Source: a candidate division WOR-3 bacterium (lineage in GTDB: Bacteria > Hydrothermota > UBA3072 > B12-G15). Taken from it: a stretch of DNA of 64,000 nucleotides. The notes beneath the pieces are model-generated. The model worked only from the letters and a program-made list of their open reading frames with translations, was not told the DNA's origin and searched no databases. Below, piece by piece: positions 9,301-17,165 of the stretch. The translations under genes and the position numbers were made by a program. The stretch covers positions 22,998 to 86,997 of the forward strand of contig CBFGJG010000003.1 of NCBI GenBank assembly GCA_965649055.1. The letters run 5' to 3'. Numbering within the stretch: position 1 is the first letter of the stretch; each line of letters begins with the position of its first letter.

Positions 9301-10476
9301 TTTATCCGTTTCGATAACCGGATTAACAATTTTATATCCGTCTATTCTCATTATATTTATTCTGTTTGACTGAAAATTATTAATTGTCACCTTAAAATTA
9401 CTCTTTTCGCTCTTAAACTTCAAAATTTTCCCGTCTGATATGAATTTCCTTTTATAAAAAATTCTCAAATCTTTAAGATATATGAAAGATTGTGATTTAA
9501 TATTTATCTTTTTAATCTTCACATTGGTTGTGCATTGAATCTCTTGAAACGATTGTCCTTGAATATTAAGATTTTTTATGAATAAATCATTAACATATAA
9601 GTTTATATTCTGACTCAATAAAGAATTGTTATATAATTTTATCCTGATTATCCCGGAGTTATCATACCAATTTATTGTATCAAATAAGAATGTAAAAAAA
9701 GTATCCTGTTCGTAAAACCAGCATCCGGAACTTCTTGAAAAGATTTTTTCCTTATCGATGCATATAGAATCTTGGAAGAAATTCAAAACTTCATCGGATT
9801 CTTCTGTATTAATATGGATATAATGTTTTCCTTCACCTATCTTTAGCCAGTAATAGTCTAAAGTATCGAAATCCGATTTGTAATCTTCAGCATAAAAAAT
9901 CAAATAATCATTATTATTGAATATATTATCTCCGTCAATATCGTATACATCAACAGGGACTGTTTTATCTTTATGTTTTAATGATATCTCACTTATTGGT
10001 GGTGAGAAGTTAATATTGTTTTTTAACAACATTCTGTGTGTTAATTTATAAATACCTGAAGAATCAACAGAGATTCTTATTCCATCTTTTAATTTTATAC
10101 TAACTGAATTTCTTCTATTATTGCTGGAATTAAGTTGGTTCAGGACGATTTCATCATAAAATCTATTCTGTTTTAAGCTTAAACAACCATTTTTTTTAAA
10201 ATTAAAGTTAATTAAAATAACATCGTAATTTTTTATTTTTGTTGTATCAATCTCAATAATTAAAACCTTTCTTTTCCTGAAATCAAATGTCCCAATTATC
10301 CTTAATAAATCATTGCTTAACTTTTTTTCTCCGTTAAATAATTCATAATTAAATCCATACTCATCGGGAATAGAAATAATAGTTCTGTTTGAGATATCAT
10401 TATTTATAAATATCAGTGAGATTGATTTATCTGAATAATCTATTAATTTGAAAACCGAAAAAATTAAGAAAATCAT
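6343..10476 (-). CDS. Giant secreted caspase-fold cysteine peptidase, gingipain (C25)-like, with T9SS C-terminal sorting domain
   Basis: 1377 aa. A His-Gly catalytic-type motif (FNFHGHGGEEDLGAG) lies upstream of an Ala-x-Cys motif (TFMLAFSCVNG), the spacing and order expected for clan CD/C25 peptidases. The C-terminus (GVYLYVVRAKLGIFETKEKRKMAVLKR) matches the T9SS CTD strand pattern shared by other proteins in this window. Confidence 0.55.
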   Translation of the reverse strand: MIFLIFSVFKLIDYSDKSISLIFINNDISNRTIISIPDEYGFNYELFNGEKKLSNDLLRIIGTFDFRKRKVLIIEIDTTKIKNYDVILINFNFKKNGCLSLKQNRFYDEIVLNQLNSSNNRRNSVSIKLKDGIRISVDSSGIYKLTHRMLLKNNINFSPPISEISLKHKDKTVPVDVYDIDGDNIFNNNDYLIFYAEDYKSDFDTLDYYWLKIGEGKHYIHINTEESDEVLNFFQDSICIDKEKIFSRSSGCWFYEQDTFFTFLFDTINWYDNSGIIRIKLYNNSLLSQNINLYVNDLFIKNLNIQGQSFQEIQCTTNVKIKKINIKSQSFIYLKDLRIFYKRKFISDGKILKFKSEKSNFKVTINNFQSNRINIMRIDGYKIVNPVIETDKECYSVTFSDTTNGKANYIVYLTGTERIPKDIRYFNIEDKMNSFNGSDAVVITHPIFYDYALNYKNYYESYDSISVSIFTTDEIYNCFNYGEKSPFAIKDFLRYCFELDNPPYYLIIMGKGTYDPKNIYKNNSDLVPVIMKNVLGGYYSSDFEYSKICGNDEFPDIVVGRIPAITRTEMAGYIDKIINGSNSDEPKENRLFFGADYALQNSDVISEQIIKSIIPSGYDITRVYSREGTSVWEEVIRALSYGQTIFNFHGHGGEEDLGAGRYFRIYDIPRLTNYGKLTFMLAFSCVNGIMDDPQLRSVSEYSVMFPGVGMIGSVAPSGLTYFSDNIHTDKFLLNGIFRKDLRRLGDIIFYYKFLFPDSYNSICYHLIGDPLFKLKIAKDTLKFSNLYKNDTLYIRCENSMTGRFHFKVIDSLNIYEYSFNKTGYSKDTSFYIELLSENTRIISLLKNNLYSIAGEDNVFKKDIFESIIYYPEILCLNDTINIKAKLKIQPDSIFCVFGYDGILNNKIFMNDSSGTYYCRIPIIKEGLNLNFRIELFDSLNFNRSRIFSEYIIKRSDLKFLTEPEIFCDNKTLLLRLNVINSGEKKADSTVLSIYKFKDDDYYWIYDTIISDIKPLVKEEVLIPIEEFVNDTFKDINFKIFIDSYNWINELNENNNVIYYIKKKNFYKINHLDTNIISDRFWEITILPETFKKDGYFFVFEDEYEPPLKQEDFKPGSFDNFNKVFKIIYYDTIQKPFFLKIFPDSSNGSIYIRKKLKWINLSGDSVWVKDTGFYTYGFTSDNTKPIVKILKDTLYSKDGNIKINLTAEDDNGIDIWIRKPYFMINQKEIILEVNETRDLNIMNLNLESSLNDGFYNAKFFAYDVHGNMISKDIFINIQTPFLITFLSNYPNPARDLTKFLVELTKKPDSATLEIYQPSGNIVCKKVFYDLKEGKNIIEWHLRDDNGNYIPNGVYLYVVRAKLGIFETKEKRKMAVLKR

Positions 10477-11792
10477 CTTTTAATATGGATTATTTTTCTT
10501 TTTTCAATTCCATCTTTTTTATTTAGAATTAGAATGTAAATTCCCTGTGGATAATTTACAAATTCAATATCAAGCCATCCATTTTGAATTTCTTCCTCTT
10601 TTATTTTTCTACCGTCAACACCTATAAGTGTATATTTTTTTGCATCAACCTGGATTTCTAATTTTCTTTCAACTATATGACTTTCTGAAACAAAAAATTT
10701 CTTTTTGCCGTTGTCGTAAAACTTGTAAAAAATCTTTTTATCGGGACTGCCCAAAATATATCCGTTCCAGAAAACAAAAATGTTCCCTTCAGAATCCTTT
10801 TTTATCAATGGATTTGAACAAAGATATGAAGATTCATTAAGTTTTATCGGTTCATTTATATTGTCATCAAAATAGAATATATCACCATTTTCTGACCAGA
10901 CGAAACTCCTGTATTCGCTAATATCAAGGTCGATTTCTGTAAGACTATTTGAAATATGTATTGTTTCTTTATCCTTCCAGGAATTTTCATATTCCCTATA
11001 AATAATGTGAATCTTACCGTTCCTTAATTCATTCCAGATCACTCCTATTTTACCGGAATGAAAATCAGAAACAGGGTTAAATGAATTTACCATTGTATCT
11101 GATATTATAATTGAAGAACCTTCATTAAAATTTTTACATTTGATAACTATTTTCCCATTCTTAACTTCTTCGAATATTAAAAAAGGTGAATTATTATATA
11201 ATGCTATGGAAGGGAAACCCGCATATATTTCAGAGTTAGAGACGATTAAATCGCTGGACCAGATACCTCTTTGTAAATACTTGTACAATATTTCTGATAG
11301 TCCATTTCTTGTGTCCTGCCAGACAATATGTATTACATTATTCCTTAAAAGAACTGATGGATTTATAGACCAATTTCCATCATTTTCGGTTACATTTTCG
11401 ATACCGCTGAAAATACCGCCAGAAATATTATGGTAATATTTTCTTAAAAAAATCTCGTTCTGGAAATTCATATGTTGATAGGATATCCTTCTATCATCCC
11501 AGATAATGTATATACAACTATCAGTAAAGAGAAGATTAGAATATCCTGCCCATAGAGAATAGACACTTCCAGCCCTTGATACATTCTTAAAGTAATCTAT
11601 GTTACAGTTTTTATTAACCCTTGCAAAGTAAACTTCAAGATAAGGGCTTGTATAACTTGAAAGAAAACTTATATACACATTACCGTTATTATCTGTATCG
11701 AGAGAATGAACAAATGATGGCGAGAGTATATTAACCTTATCACCTATATTTAATAATTTCTCTTGTGACCAGAAAGAAATAATCAGAATCAT
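10473..11792 (-). CDS. Secreted repeat (beta-propeller/BNR-like) protein with T9SS C-terminal sorting domain
   Basis: 439 aa with recurring S/D-x-N/E-G-x-I-x-V/I-W/F strand motifs (SENGDIFYF, DSEGNIFVFW, SGKIGVIW, NGKIHIIY). C-terminal GIYILILNKKDGIEKRKIIHIKR is CTD-like. 4-bp overlaps on both sides. Confidence 0.5.
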   Translation of the reverse strand: MILIISFWSQEKLLNIGDKVNILSPSFVHSLDTDNNGNVYISFLSSYTSPYLEVYFARVNKNCNIDYFKNVSRAGSVYSLWAGYSNLLFTDSCIYIIWDDRRISYQHMNFQNEIFLRKYYHNISGGIFSGIENVTENDGNWSINPSVLLRNNVIHIVWQDTRNGLSEILYKYLQRGIWSSDLIVSNSEIYAGFPSIALYNNSPFLIFEEVKNGKIVIKCKNFNEGSSIIISDTMVNSFNPVSDFHSGKIGVIWNELRNGKIHIIYREYENSWKDKETIHISNSLTEIDLDISEYRSFVWSENGDIFYFDDNINEPIKLNESSYLCSNPLIKKDSEGNIFVFWNGYILGSPDKKIFYKFYDNGKKKFFVSESHIVERKLEIQVDAKKYTLIGVDGRKIKEEEIQNGWLDIEFVNYPQGIYILILNKKDGIEKRKIIHIKR

Positions 11793-13048
11793 TTTAATCT
11801 AATTATCTTCTTCAAAATCCCGTTTTTTTTTAAAAAATAAACACCATTCTTAGAAATAGAATTTTTTCTACCTGTAATATCCAAAATTAAACTATCATTT
11901 TCAAAAAGCATGTTATTCCCTGAACCAACGAGATTCCCTTCTTTGTCTATCAACCTGTAAGATATTATATTACCATCAAACCTTATAATTTCGCTTTTTT
12001 TTACCTCCATAAGACATACAATTGTATCTTCTTTTGATCCTTCAAGAAGAATTTCTTTATCTATTGTAATCTTATCTTTAGAAACAATCTCTAAATAACC
12101 ATCTAAGTTCGAAATAATTTTTTTATTATCTATTATAAGGTTTATACCATTATTCTTATCAACGAACATTTTTCTTTGATTGAGAAACCATTTCCACATT
12201 ATGCAGAAGGAATTAAAATCATTATAGTCCATTAATCCGTCAGGTAGGCAATAAATATCCGGGAGCCTACCAGAATAAGGACCTGTTTCAAAATATGTAT
12301 CATTGTTTAGAAAAGCATTCCTGAATATTACAAAATCAAGAGAATTAACCTGGAGGTCAAGATCGAAATCACCTAAAGGAGAAATTATATAATTTACATA
12401 TATATCATCTAAAGGGCTTCCATCTTCAAAATTGTTCCAGTTCCCGTCTATTTTATTTCCAAAGATATCCTTTACTGAATCACCATTAAATTTAAATACG
12501 AGGTTGTCATTAGAACGTGGAATAGGATAGAGGTAAACATAGATAGTATCTTTTTTTATTTTTATCTCTTTCTTTGAATAAAAGATTGTATCCTGATAAT
12601 TGTAGGAGAAAATTTCAGTTCCACTATTAAAACTTGAAGAATCTATGTGAGAATTGAAGACAAATTTGAAAAGCCTTCCATCCGTTATTCCCTGGACAGG
12701 GGTTATGCTAACAAGTTGTGGTGGAGCAGGTGTGGGAACTTTTATAGTATCCTTAAAGATTACCCCGTTCGTTAGTTTTGAAAAAAAAGTATAGTAATAA
12801 TAGTATCCAGGAGAGAGTGAAACTGAATCAATAAACATATATGGTTTTAATGGCTCAAGGGGAATTCTTAGAAAACACCACCATTCATTTGGTGAGTTTG
12901 CAAATCTATCATATCTTCTTACGATAAACAATGATTCAATGGAACTTGAATCGGGGGATACAAATGTTATAAGGTTGAATGATTTGTATTTTGTTATTGA
13001 AAGATTATAGAGAAATGATATCTCAATAAATAACAATCGTTCCTCCAT
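11789..13048 (-). CDS. Secreted protein with dockerin-like Ca-binding repeat and T9SS CTD-like C-terminus
   Basis: 419 aa. GDFDLDLQVNSLDFVIFRNAFL fits the dockerin loop-helix pattern D-x-D-x-D-x-x-V-N-x-x-D-x3-L, and a partial second copy (DGLMDYNDFNSF) follows. The C-terminus NGVYFLKKNGILKKIIRLK is CTD-like. Confidence 0.4.
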   Translation of the reverse strand: MEERLLFIEISFLYNLSITKYKSFNLITFVSPDSSSIESLFIVRRYDRFANSPNEWWCFLRIPLEPLKPYMFIDSVSLSPGYYYYYTFFSKLTNGVIFKDTIKVPTPAPPQLVSITPVQGITDGRLFKFVFNSHIDSSSFNSGTEIFSYNYQDTIFYSKKEIKIKKDTIYVYLYPIPRSNDNLVFKFNGDSVKDIFGNKIDGNWNNFEDGSPLDDIYVNYIISPLGDFDLDLQVNSLDFVIFRNAFLNNDTYFETGPYSGRLPDIYCLPDGLMDYNDFNSFCIMWKWFLNQRKMFVDKNNGINLIIDNKKIISNLDGYLEIVSKDKITIDKEILLEGSKEDTIVCLMEVKKSEIIRFDGNIISYRLIDKEGNLVGSGNNMLFENDSLILDITGRKNSISKNGVYFLKKNGILKKIIRLK

Positions 13049-13742
13049 TTAGTGTATCTACAGGTATTTCAAATCCAAGTGAATCAAATATCTTTCCTTC
13101 CTTTATTTTAAATTCATATTTTCCTGTTTCATTTGAAGAAAATTTGAAATTCCCGATTATGAAATCCTGCTCAGGAAATCCATTCATGTTTGTCCTATAA
13201 ATCTCAAGTGAACATTGATATTCTTTGACTAAAACAATCGGTAGTGAATTCCCTGAAAAAACAGAGCTGTCTATCCTGTATTCGATTAAATTAATCTCTT
13301 TATCCCATGCCAATTTAACATATTCAAAACTATGTGTTTTTAGATTTTCACCTTTTAAGAGGATGTTAATATCCTGATATAAGCGCAATGAGTCAAAAAT
13401 AGGGGAGATTGAGAACCCATTTTTTAAACCATCGATACAGAAGATAATTTCAGGATAATTTTCTTCTTTTTCACCAAGGATATTTTTACCCCTTACCCAG
13501 AAATTATGCCACCCATCGTCGAGAATAAATGATACCGATTCAGAGATTGTCCAGTCTGATAATTTACCGTCAATTGAATACTGATAATATACCGTGCCAT
13601 CACCTTTCCAGACAATCTTTACAATGTTTGTGTTTATAATAGAACAATTTTCAGGACCTTTAATTATATTTGTCTTTGGAGATATTAGTTTCTCATTATA
13701 ACATCCTATCAGGAAAATGATTAGAATCAATGGTTTCTTCAT
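13023..13742 (-). CDS. Lipoprotein, unknown function
   Basis: N-terminal MKKPLILIIFLIGCYNE has a lipobox (L-I-G-C). 239 aa. 4-bp overlap with the upstream PfkB kinase gene. Confidence 0.5.
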   Translation of the reverse strand: MKKPLILIIFLIGCYNEKLISPKTNIIKGPENCSIINTNIVKIVWKGDGTVYYQYSIDGKLSDWTISESVSFILDDGWHNFWVRGKNILGEKEENYPEIIFCIDGLKNGFSISPIFDSLRLYQDINILLKGENLKTHSFEYVKLAWDKEINLIEYRIDSSVFSGNSLPIVLVKEYQCSLEIYRTNMNGFPEQDFIIGNFKFSSNETGKYEFKIKEGKIFDSLGFEIPVDTLNGGTIVIY

Positions 13743-14605
13743 ATTCCGGAAAGATAATTATATTTTTCCTTTATAGAATTTATTTTATCAAGGATACTGT
13801 CTCCGTTTATTCTTTCCAGAATCTCAACTGTATTTTTTACTGATAAGAAAGGATCTTTTGTATTCAGGAAGAAAGATATAAAAATTCCTGAAAATATATC
13901 ACCTGCACCAATAATATGTTTTTTCTCAGGATTTTTTGATACATAATGTTCAAGTCTTTTCTTATTGTATATATATGCACCTTTTTCAGCATCCGAAACT
14001 ATTATTATCTTATCATCAGGAAATATCTCAATACCTTCAGGGAAAAAACTGTGAACCAGAGCATAATATTCCCTCATATTCATCTGTATTATATCAAAAT
14101 TTTCTATGAGGATACGAGATTCTTCTTTTTCAAGCATTTTCTGGAATCTCTCACCATTTTCCTTTATACCTAATGTAAGGCTATGCACATCAAGCATTTT
14201 AAATGGTATTTTCAATTCTTTGATCCTATTCAGTGTTTCATATTTGAATTCCCAGCCCATCACAGGATTAATGAGAATAAGTTCAATATCTTCATCCATG
14301 TTTTCTAATAAACTTATATCTATTTCAGGTGAATATGGTGTTATGAATTCATACCTTTCATTATTGTAAACGTGAAGGACATTCCTGTTTGTCATTTCAA
14401 TCTCTATAACATATTTCAAGTCAATATTAGGTGTCATTAAGCTCATGAATTCTTTTTTTATATCCTTTCCGAGATAGGTTACAGGAAAAATCTTGATCCT
14501 CCTGTCAAGTGCTAAAGATAAAAGATTATATGTTATTCCACCAAGAGATTCAATATTCCCAATTTTGTCATAACTTATACTTCCTGCAATACCGACATTT
14601 CTCAT
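13739..14605 (-). CDS. PfkB-family carbohydrate kinase (first gene of operon)
   Basis: C-terminal HIIGAGDIFSGIF matches the PfkB GAGD anion-hole/ATP motif. The N-terminal Gly-rich sugar-binding region is VGIAGSISYDKIG. 288 aa. Confidence 0.55.
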   Translation of the reverse strand: MRNVGIAGSISYDKIGNIESLGGITYNLLSLALDRRIKIFPVTYLGKDIKKEFMSLMTPNIDLKYVIEIEMTNRNVLHVYNNERYEFITPYSPEIDISLLENMDEDIELILINPVMGWEFKYETLNRIKELKIPFKMLDVHSLTLGIKENGERFQKMLEKEESRILIENFDIIQMNMREYYALVHSFFPEGIEIFPDDKIIIVSDAEKGAYIYNKKRLEHYVSKNPEKKHIIGAGDIFSGIFISFFLNTKDPFLSVKNTVEILERINGDSILDKINSIKEKYNYLSGI

Positions 14606-14647
14606 TTTAATATTATAAAAAATAATAAAAAATTTTCAATATAAATC

Positions 14648-14676
14648 TTGACATTTTTTTTATTTTTGATTATTTT
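14648..14676 (+). promoter_or_regulatory. Sigma-70-type promoter (TTGACA-17-TATTTT) about 9 nt before the ATG at 14686
   Basis: TTGACA at 14648-14653 and an A/T-rich -10 17 nt downstream. No Shine-Dalgarno sequence precedes the ATG, suggesting a leaderless or very short-leader mRNA. Confidence 0.4.
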
Positions 14677-14685
14677 TTAATTAAT

Positions 14686-15066
14686 ATGATTATTTTATTT
14701 ATAGCACAGTTAGGAATGATACAGTCTAATATAAGTATAAACATCCAGGTTTGGGGTGAGGTTAGGAATCCAGGTATATTCAATGTCCCACCAAACATTA
14801 ATGTTATTGAGGCAATATCATTTGCAGGTGGTCCACTTAATACATCTGATCTTTCTAATGTAAAGATAGTTAGTTTGAACGGGAACATAAAGTTCATAAA
14901 TATTTCTTCTTATCTAAAAGGAGGAAAGGTCGACATTCCAATGATCTCACCCGGAGATATAGTTATCGTTCCAAGATCTGCCCTTTCAAATCTCGTCGAG
15001 TTTGTTAGATTTATGAGTATCGTAATAGGTGCTGCAGGAATTATCTTTTCCATAGTGGGGAGATAA
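14686..15066 (+). CDS. Polysaccharide export protein fragment (Wza-like Poly_export/PES domain only)
   Basis: GEVRNPGIFNVPPNINVIEAISFAGGPLNTSDLSNVKIVSL...ISPGDIVIVP matches the Wza N-terminal polysaccharide-export domain. At 126 aa it lacks the SLBB repeats and outer-membrane helix of full-length Wza. Confidence 0.6.
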   Translation: MIILFIAQLGMIQSNISINIQVWGEVRNPGIFNVPPNINVIEAISFAGGPLNTSDLSNVKIVSLNGNIKFINISSYLKGGKVDIPMISPGDIVIVPRSALSNLVEFVRFMSIVIGAAGIIFSIVGR

Positions 15067-17165
15067 TGTCTCCTGAAACTTATCAGTATGACCTTTTGAA
15101 GTTTATAAAAATATTGAAGAGGAGGCAATGGGTAATATATAATTCAATTATTTTACTTGTTTTTCTTACTATCATATATATATTTGTAGCACCAAAATAC
15201 TATGAAGCAAGTTCCAAAATATTGATTACTTCACGAAAATATACACTTGGTCCTGAAATTATGTATAAAGATGAGGAAAAAGAGATAGAAAACGAACTTG
15301 AAATACTTAATAGTGCTAATTTTATTTTAAAGGTTTTCGAAAATCTAAAGATGAAGAAAAAACTTCCGCTGTTCTCGTCTAATAACCCGTACTATGAATT
15401 CAGCAGAAATATTAGCATCCTGCCCATAGGAAGGAGTAATACAATTAGATTAAGTTATGTATCAAAAAATCCTGAAGAAGCAATGATTGTTGCAAATACA
15501 CTTGCTGAAACTGCAGTTGAATTTTCACTTGACTTTGAAAAGGCAGAAATAATACAGGTTATGAAATTTCTTGAGACACAGATTCCTTTAGCACAGGAAA
15601 GATTAAAGGATATTGAAAAAAAACTTGAAGAGTATAAAAGTTCTACCGGAATATTATCTGTTTCTGAATACGTAAATGTGCTCTCAAACGAAATTTCAAG
15701 TTTTGACCATATTTATAATGAAACAATACTTGAATATGCCAGTAAAGAAACCGCATTGAAGTTTTACAAGGAAAGATTGAATGACATAAAGAAAAACCTA
15801 TCTGATGACTTGAGTGGAATAGTGAACGCATCTATAAAAAACATTAGAACAGAACTATTCAATCTTGAAAATGAACTTTTGACATTTGAACTTAAAGGTG
15901 TATCCGAGGATAATCCCAGGAAGATGTTATTGAAGAAAAACATTGAAGATTTAAAGAAGAAGTTGAGGGAAGAGGTTCTGAAGGTTGCCGGTGATAGTTT
16001 ATTTGTTAATGATCCTTTATCTTTAACCTTCGATTTATCACTTAAAATAGTAGAGACAGAGATAGATTTTGAGATACTCAAATCAAAGAAACAGGTTCTT
16101 GAGAACCTTAAAGAGAATTATGACAAAAAATGGCGTTCTTTCCCATATCAGGAAACCAAACTTGTCAGTCTAATAAGGGAGTATAAGATTGCAGAAGATG
16201 TTGTAAAACTTTTGACTGAGAAATATGAAGAATTCAGGATTGAAGAGGCAAAGAAAATAGGGAATGTAAGGATAATTGAATTTGCAACAATCCCAATTTT
16301 TCCTGTAAGGCCACAGAAAAAATTAAGTCTGTTACTGGGATTCTTTGGAGGTGTATTTATCGGTATCATTGGTGTTATAATCCTTGAAGTATTTGCAAAC
16401 AAAATAGTCGATGAAGATGACTTAAAGGAATTTACTCATATTCCTGTTATTGGTATTATCCCTGAAGTTAAACCCAAAGAAATGGGTGGAGGGCTTACGA
16501 GGTATCTTGTTACAAATTTTGATAACAATAATAATATCGTCGAATCCTACAGAATATTAAAAACAAATCTTAGTTTTATGAATGTTGATAAGAAATTAAA
16601 GACTTTTCTTATAACAAGTTCTTTACCGGAAGAAGGTAAGACAACTGTATGTGTTAATCTTGCGTTAACAACAGCTCTTGCAGGTTATAAAACATTGATT
16701 ATTGATTTTGATCTGAGAAAACCTGCTCTCCATAAGGTTTTTGGTACCGATAATTCAAAGGGACTGACAGAGGTGGTTTTTGACATTAAAAAAACTGATG
16801 GAATTATGAACAAAATAAATGATAATCTCTATTTAATCACATCGGGTAGAATTCCACCGGATGCATCTGAGTTGATAAATTCGGATAGTATGAAAGACTT
16901 AATTGAGAAGGTTTCAAAAGGGTTTGATTATGTTTTCTTTGATTCCACTCCATTTATTGTTCCTGAAACAAGGCTTATAGGTATGCTGAGTGACTCTATT
17001 ATACTTGTTTTAAGAAGCAACTTTGAAAGCCCCGATGTTCTAAACAGAACAATTAATGTTATTCATTCTATCAACAAGAAGATTATAGGAATAGTTATAA
17101 CACGATTACTAAGAAAGCATCATCATTATTATTCTTCTTATTATTATTACAAGGAGGAAAAATGA
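15066..17165 (+). CDS. Wzc-type polysaccharide co-polymerase / bacterial tyrosine autokinase (BY-kinase)
   Basis: N-terminal Wzz-like region with a transmembrane segment. Walker A (SLPEEGKTT), A' (LIIDFDLRKP) and B (YVFFDSTP) motifs are present. The C-terminal tail HHHYYSSYYYYKEEK provides the Tyr cluster used for autophosphorylation. 699 aa, with an ATGA overlap to the next gene. Confidence 0.8.
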   Translation: MSPETYQYDLLKFIKILKRRQWVIYNSIILLVFLTIIYIFVAPKYYEASSKILITSRKYTLGPEIMYKDEEKEIENELEILNSANFILKVFENLKMKKKLPLFSSNNPYYEFSRNISILPIGRSNTIRLSYVSKNPEEAMIVANTLAETAVEFSLDFEKAEIIQVMKFLETQIPLAQERLKDIEKKLEEYKSSTGILSVSEYVNVLSNEISSFDHIYNETILEYASKETALKFYKERLNDIKKNLSDDLSGIVNASIKNIRTELFNLENELLTFELKGVSEDNPRKMLLKKNIEDLKKKLREEVLKVAGDSLFVNDPLSLTFDLSLKIVETEIDFEILKSKKQVLENLKENYDKKWRSFPYQETKLVSLIREYKIAEDVVKLLTEKYEEFRIEEAKKIGNVRIIEFATIPIFPVRPQKKLSLLLGFFGGVFIGIIGVIILEVFANKIVDEDDLKEFTHIPVIGIIPEVKPKEMGGGLTRYLVTNFDNNNNIVESYRILKTNLSFMNVDKKLKTFLITSSLPEEGKTTVCVNLALTTALAGYKTLIIDFDLRKPALHKVFGTDNSKGLTEVVFDIKKTDGIMNKINDNLYLITSGRIPPDASELINSDSMKDLIEKVSKGFDYVFFDSTPFIVPETRLIGMLSDSIILVLRSNFESPDVLNRTINVIHSINKKIIGIVITRLLRKHHHYYSSYYYYKEEK

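Noticed and set aside
15764-16402. Two minus-strand ORFs (105 aa and 84 aa) within wzc
   Set aside because: Antisense shadows inside a gene with clear Walker motifs.
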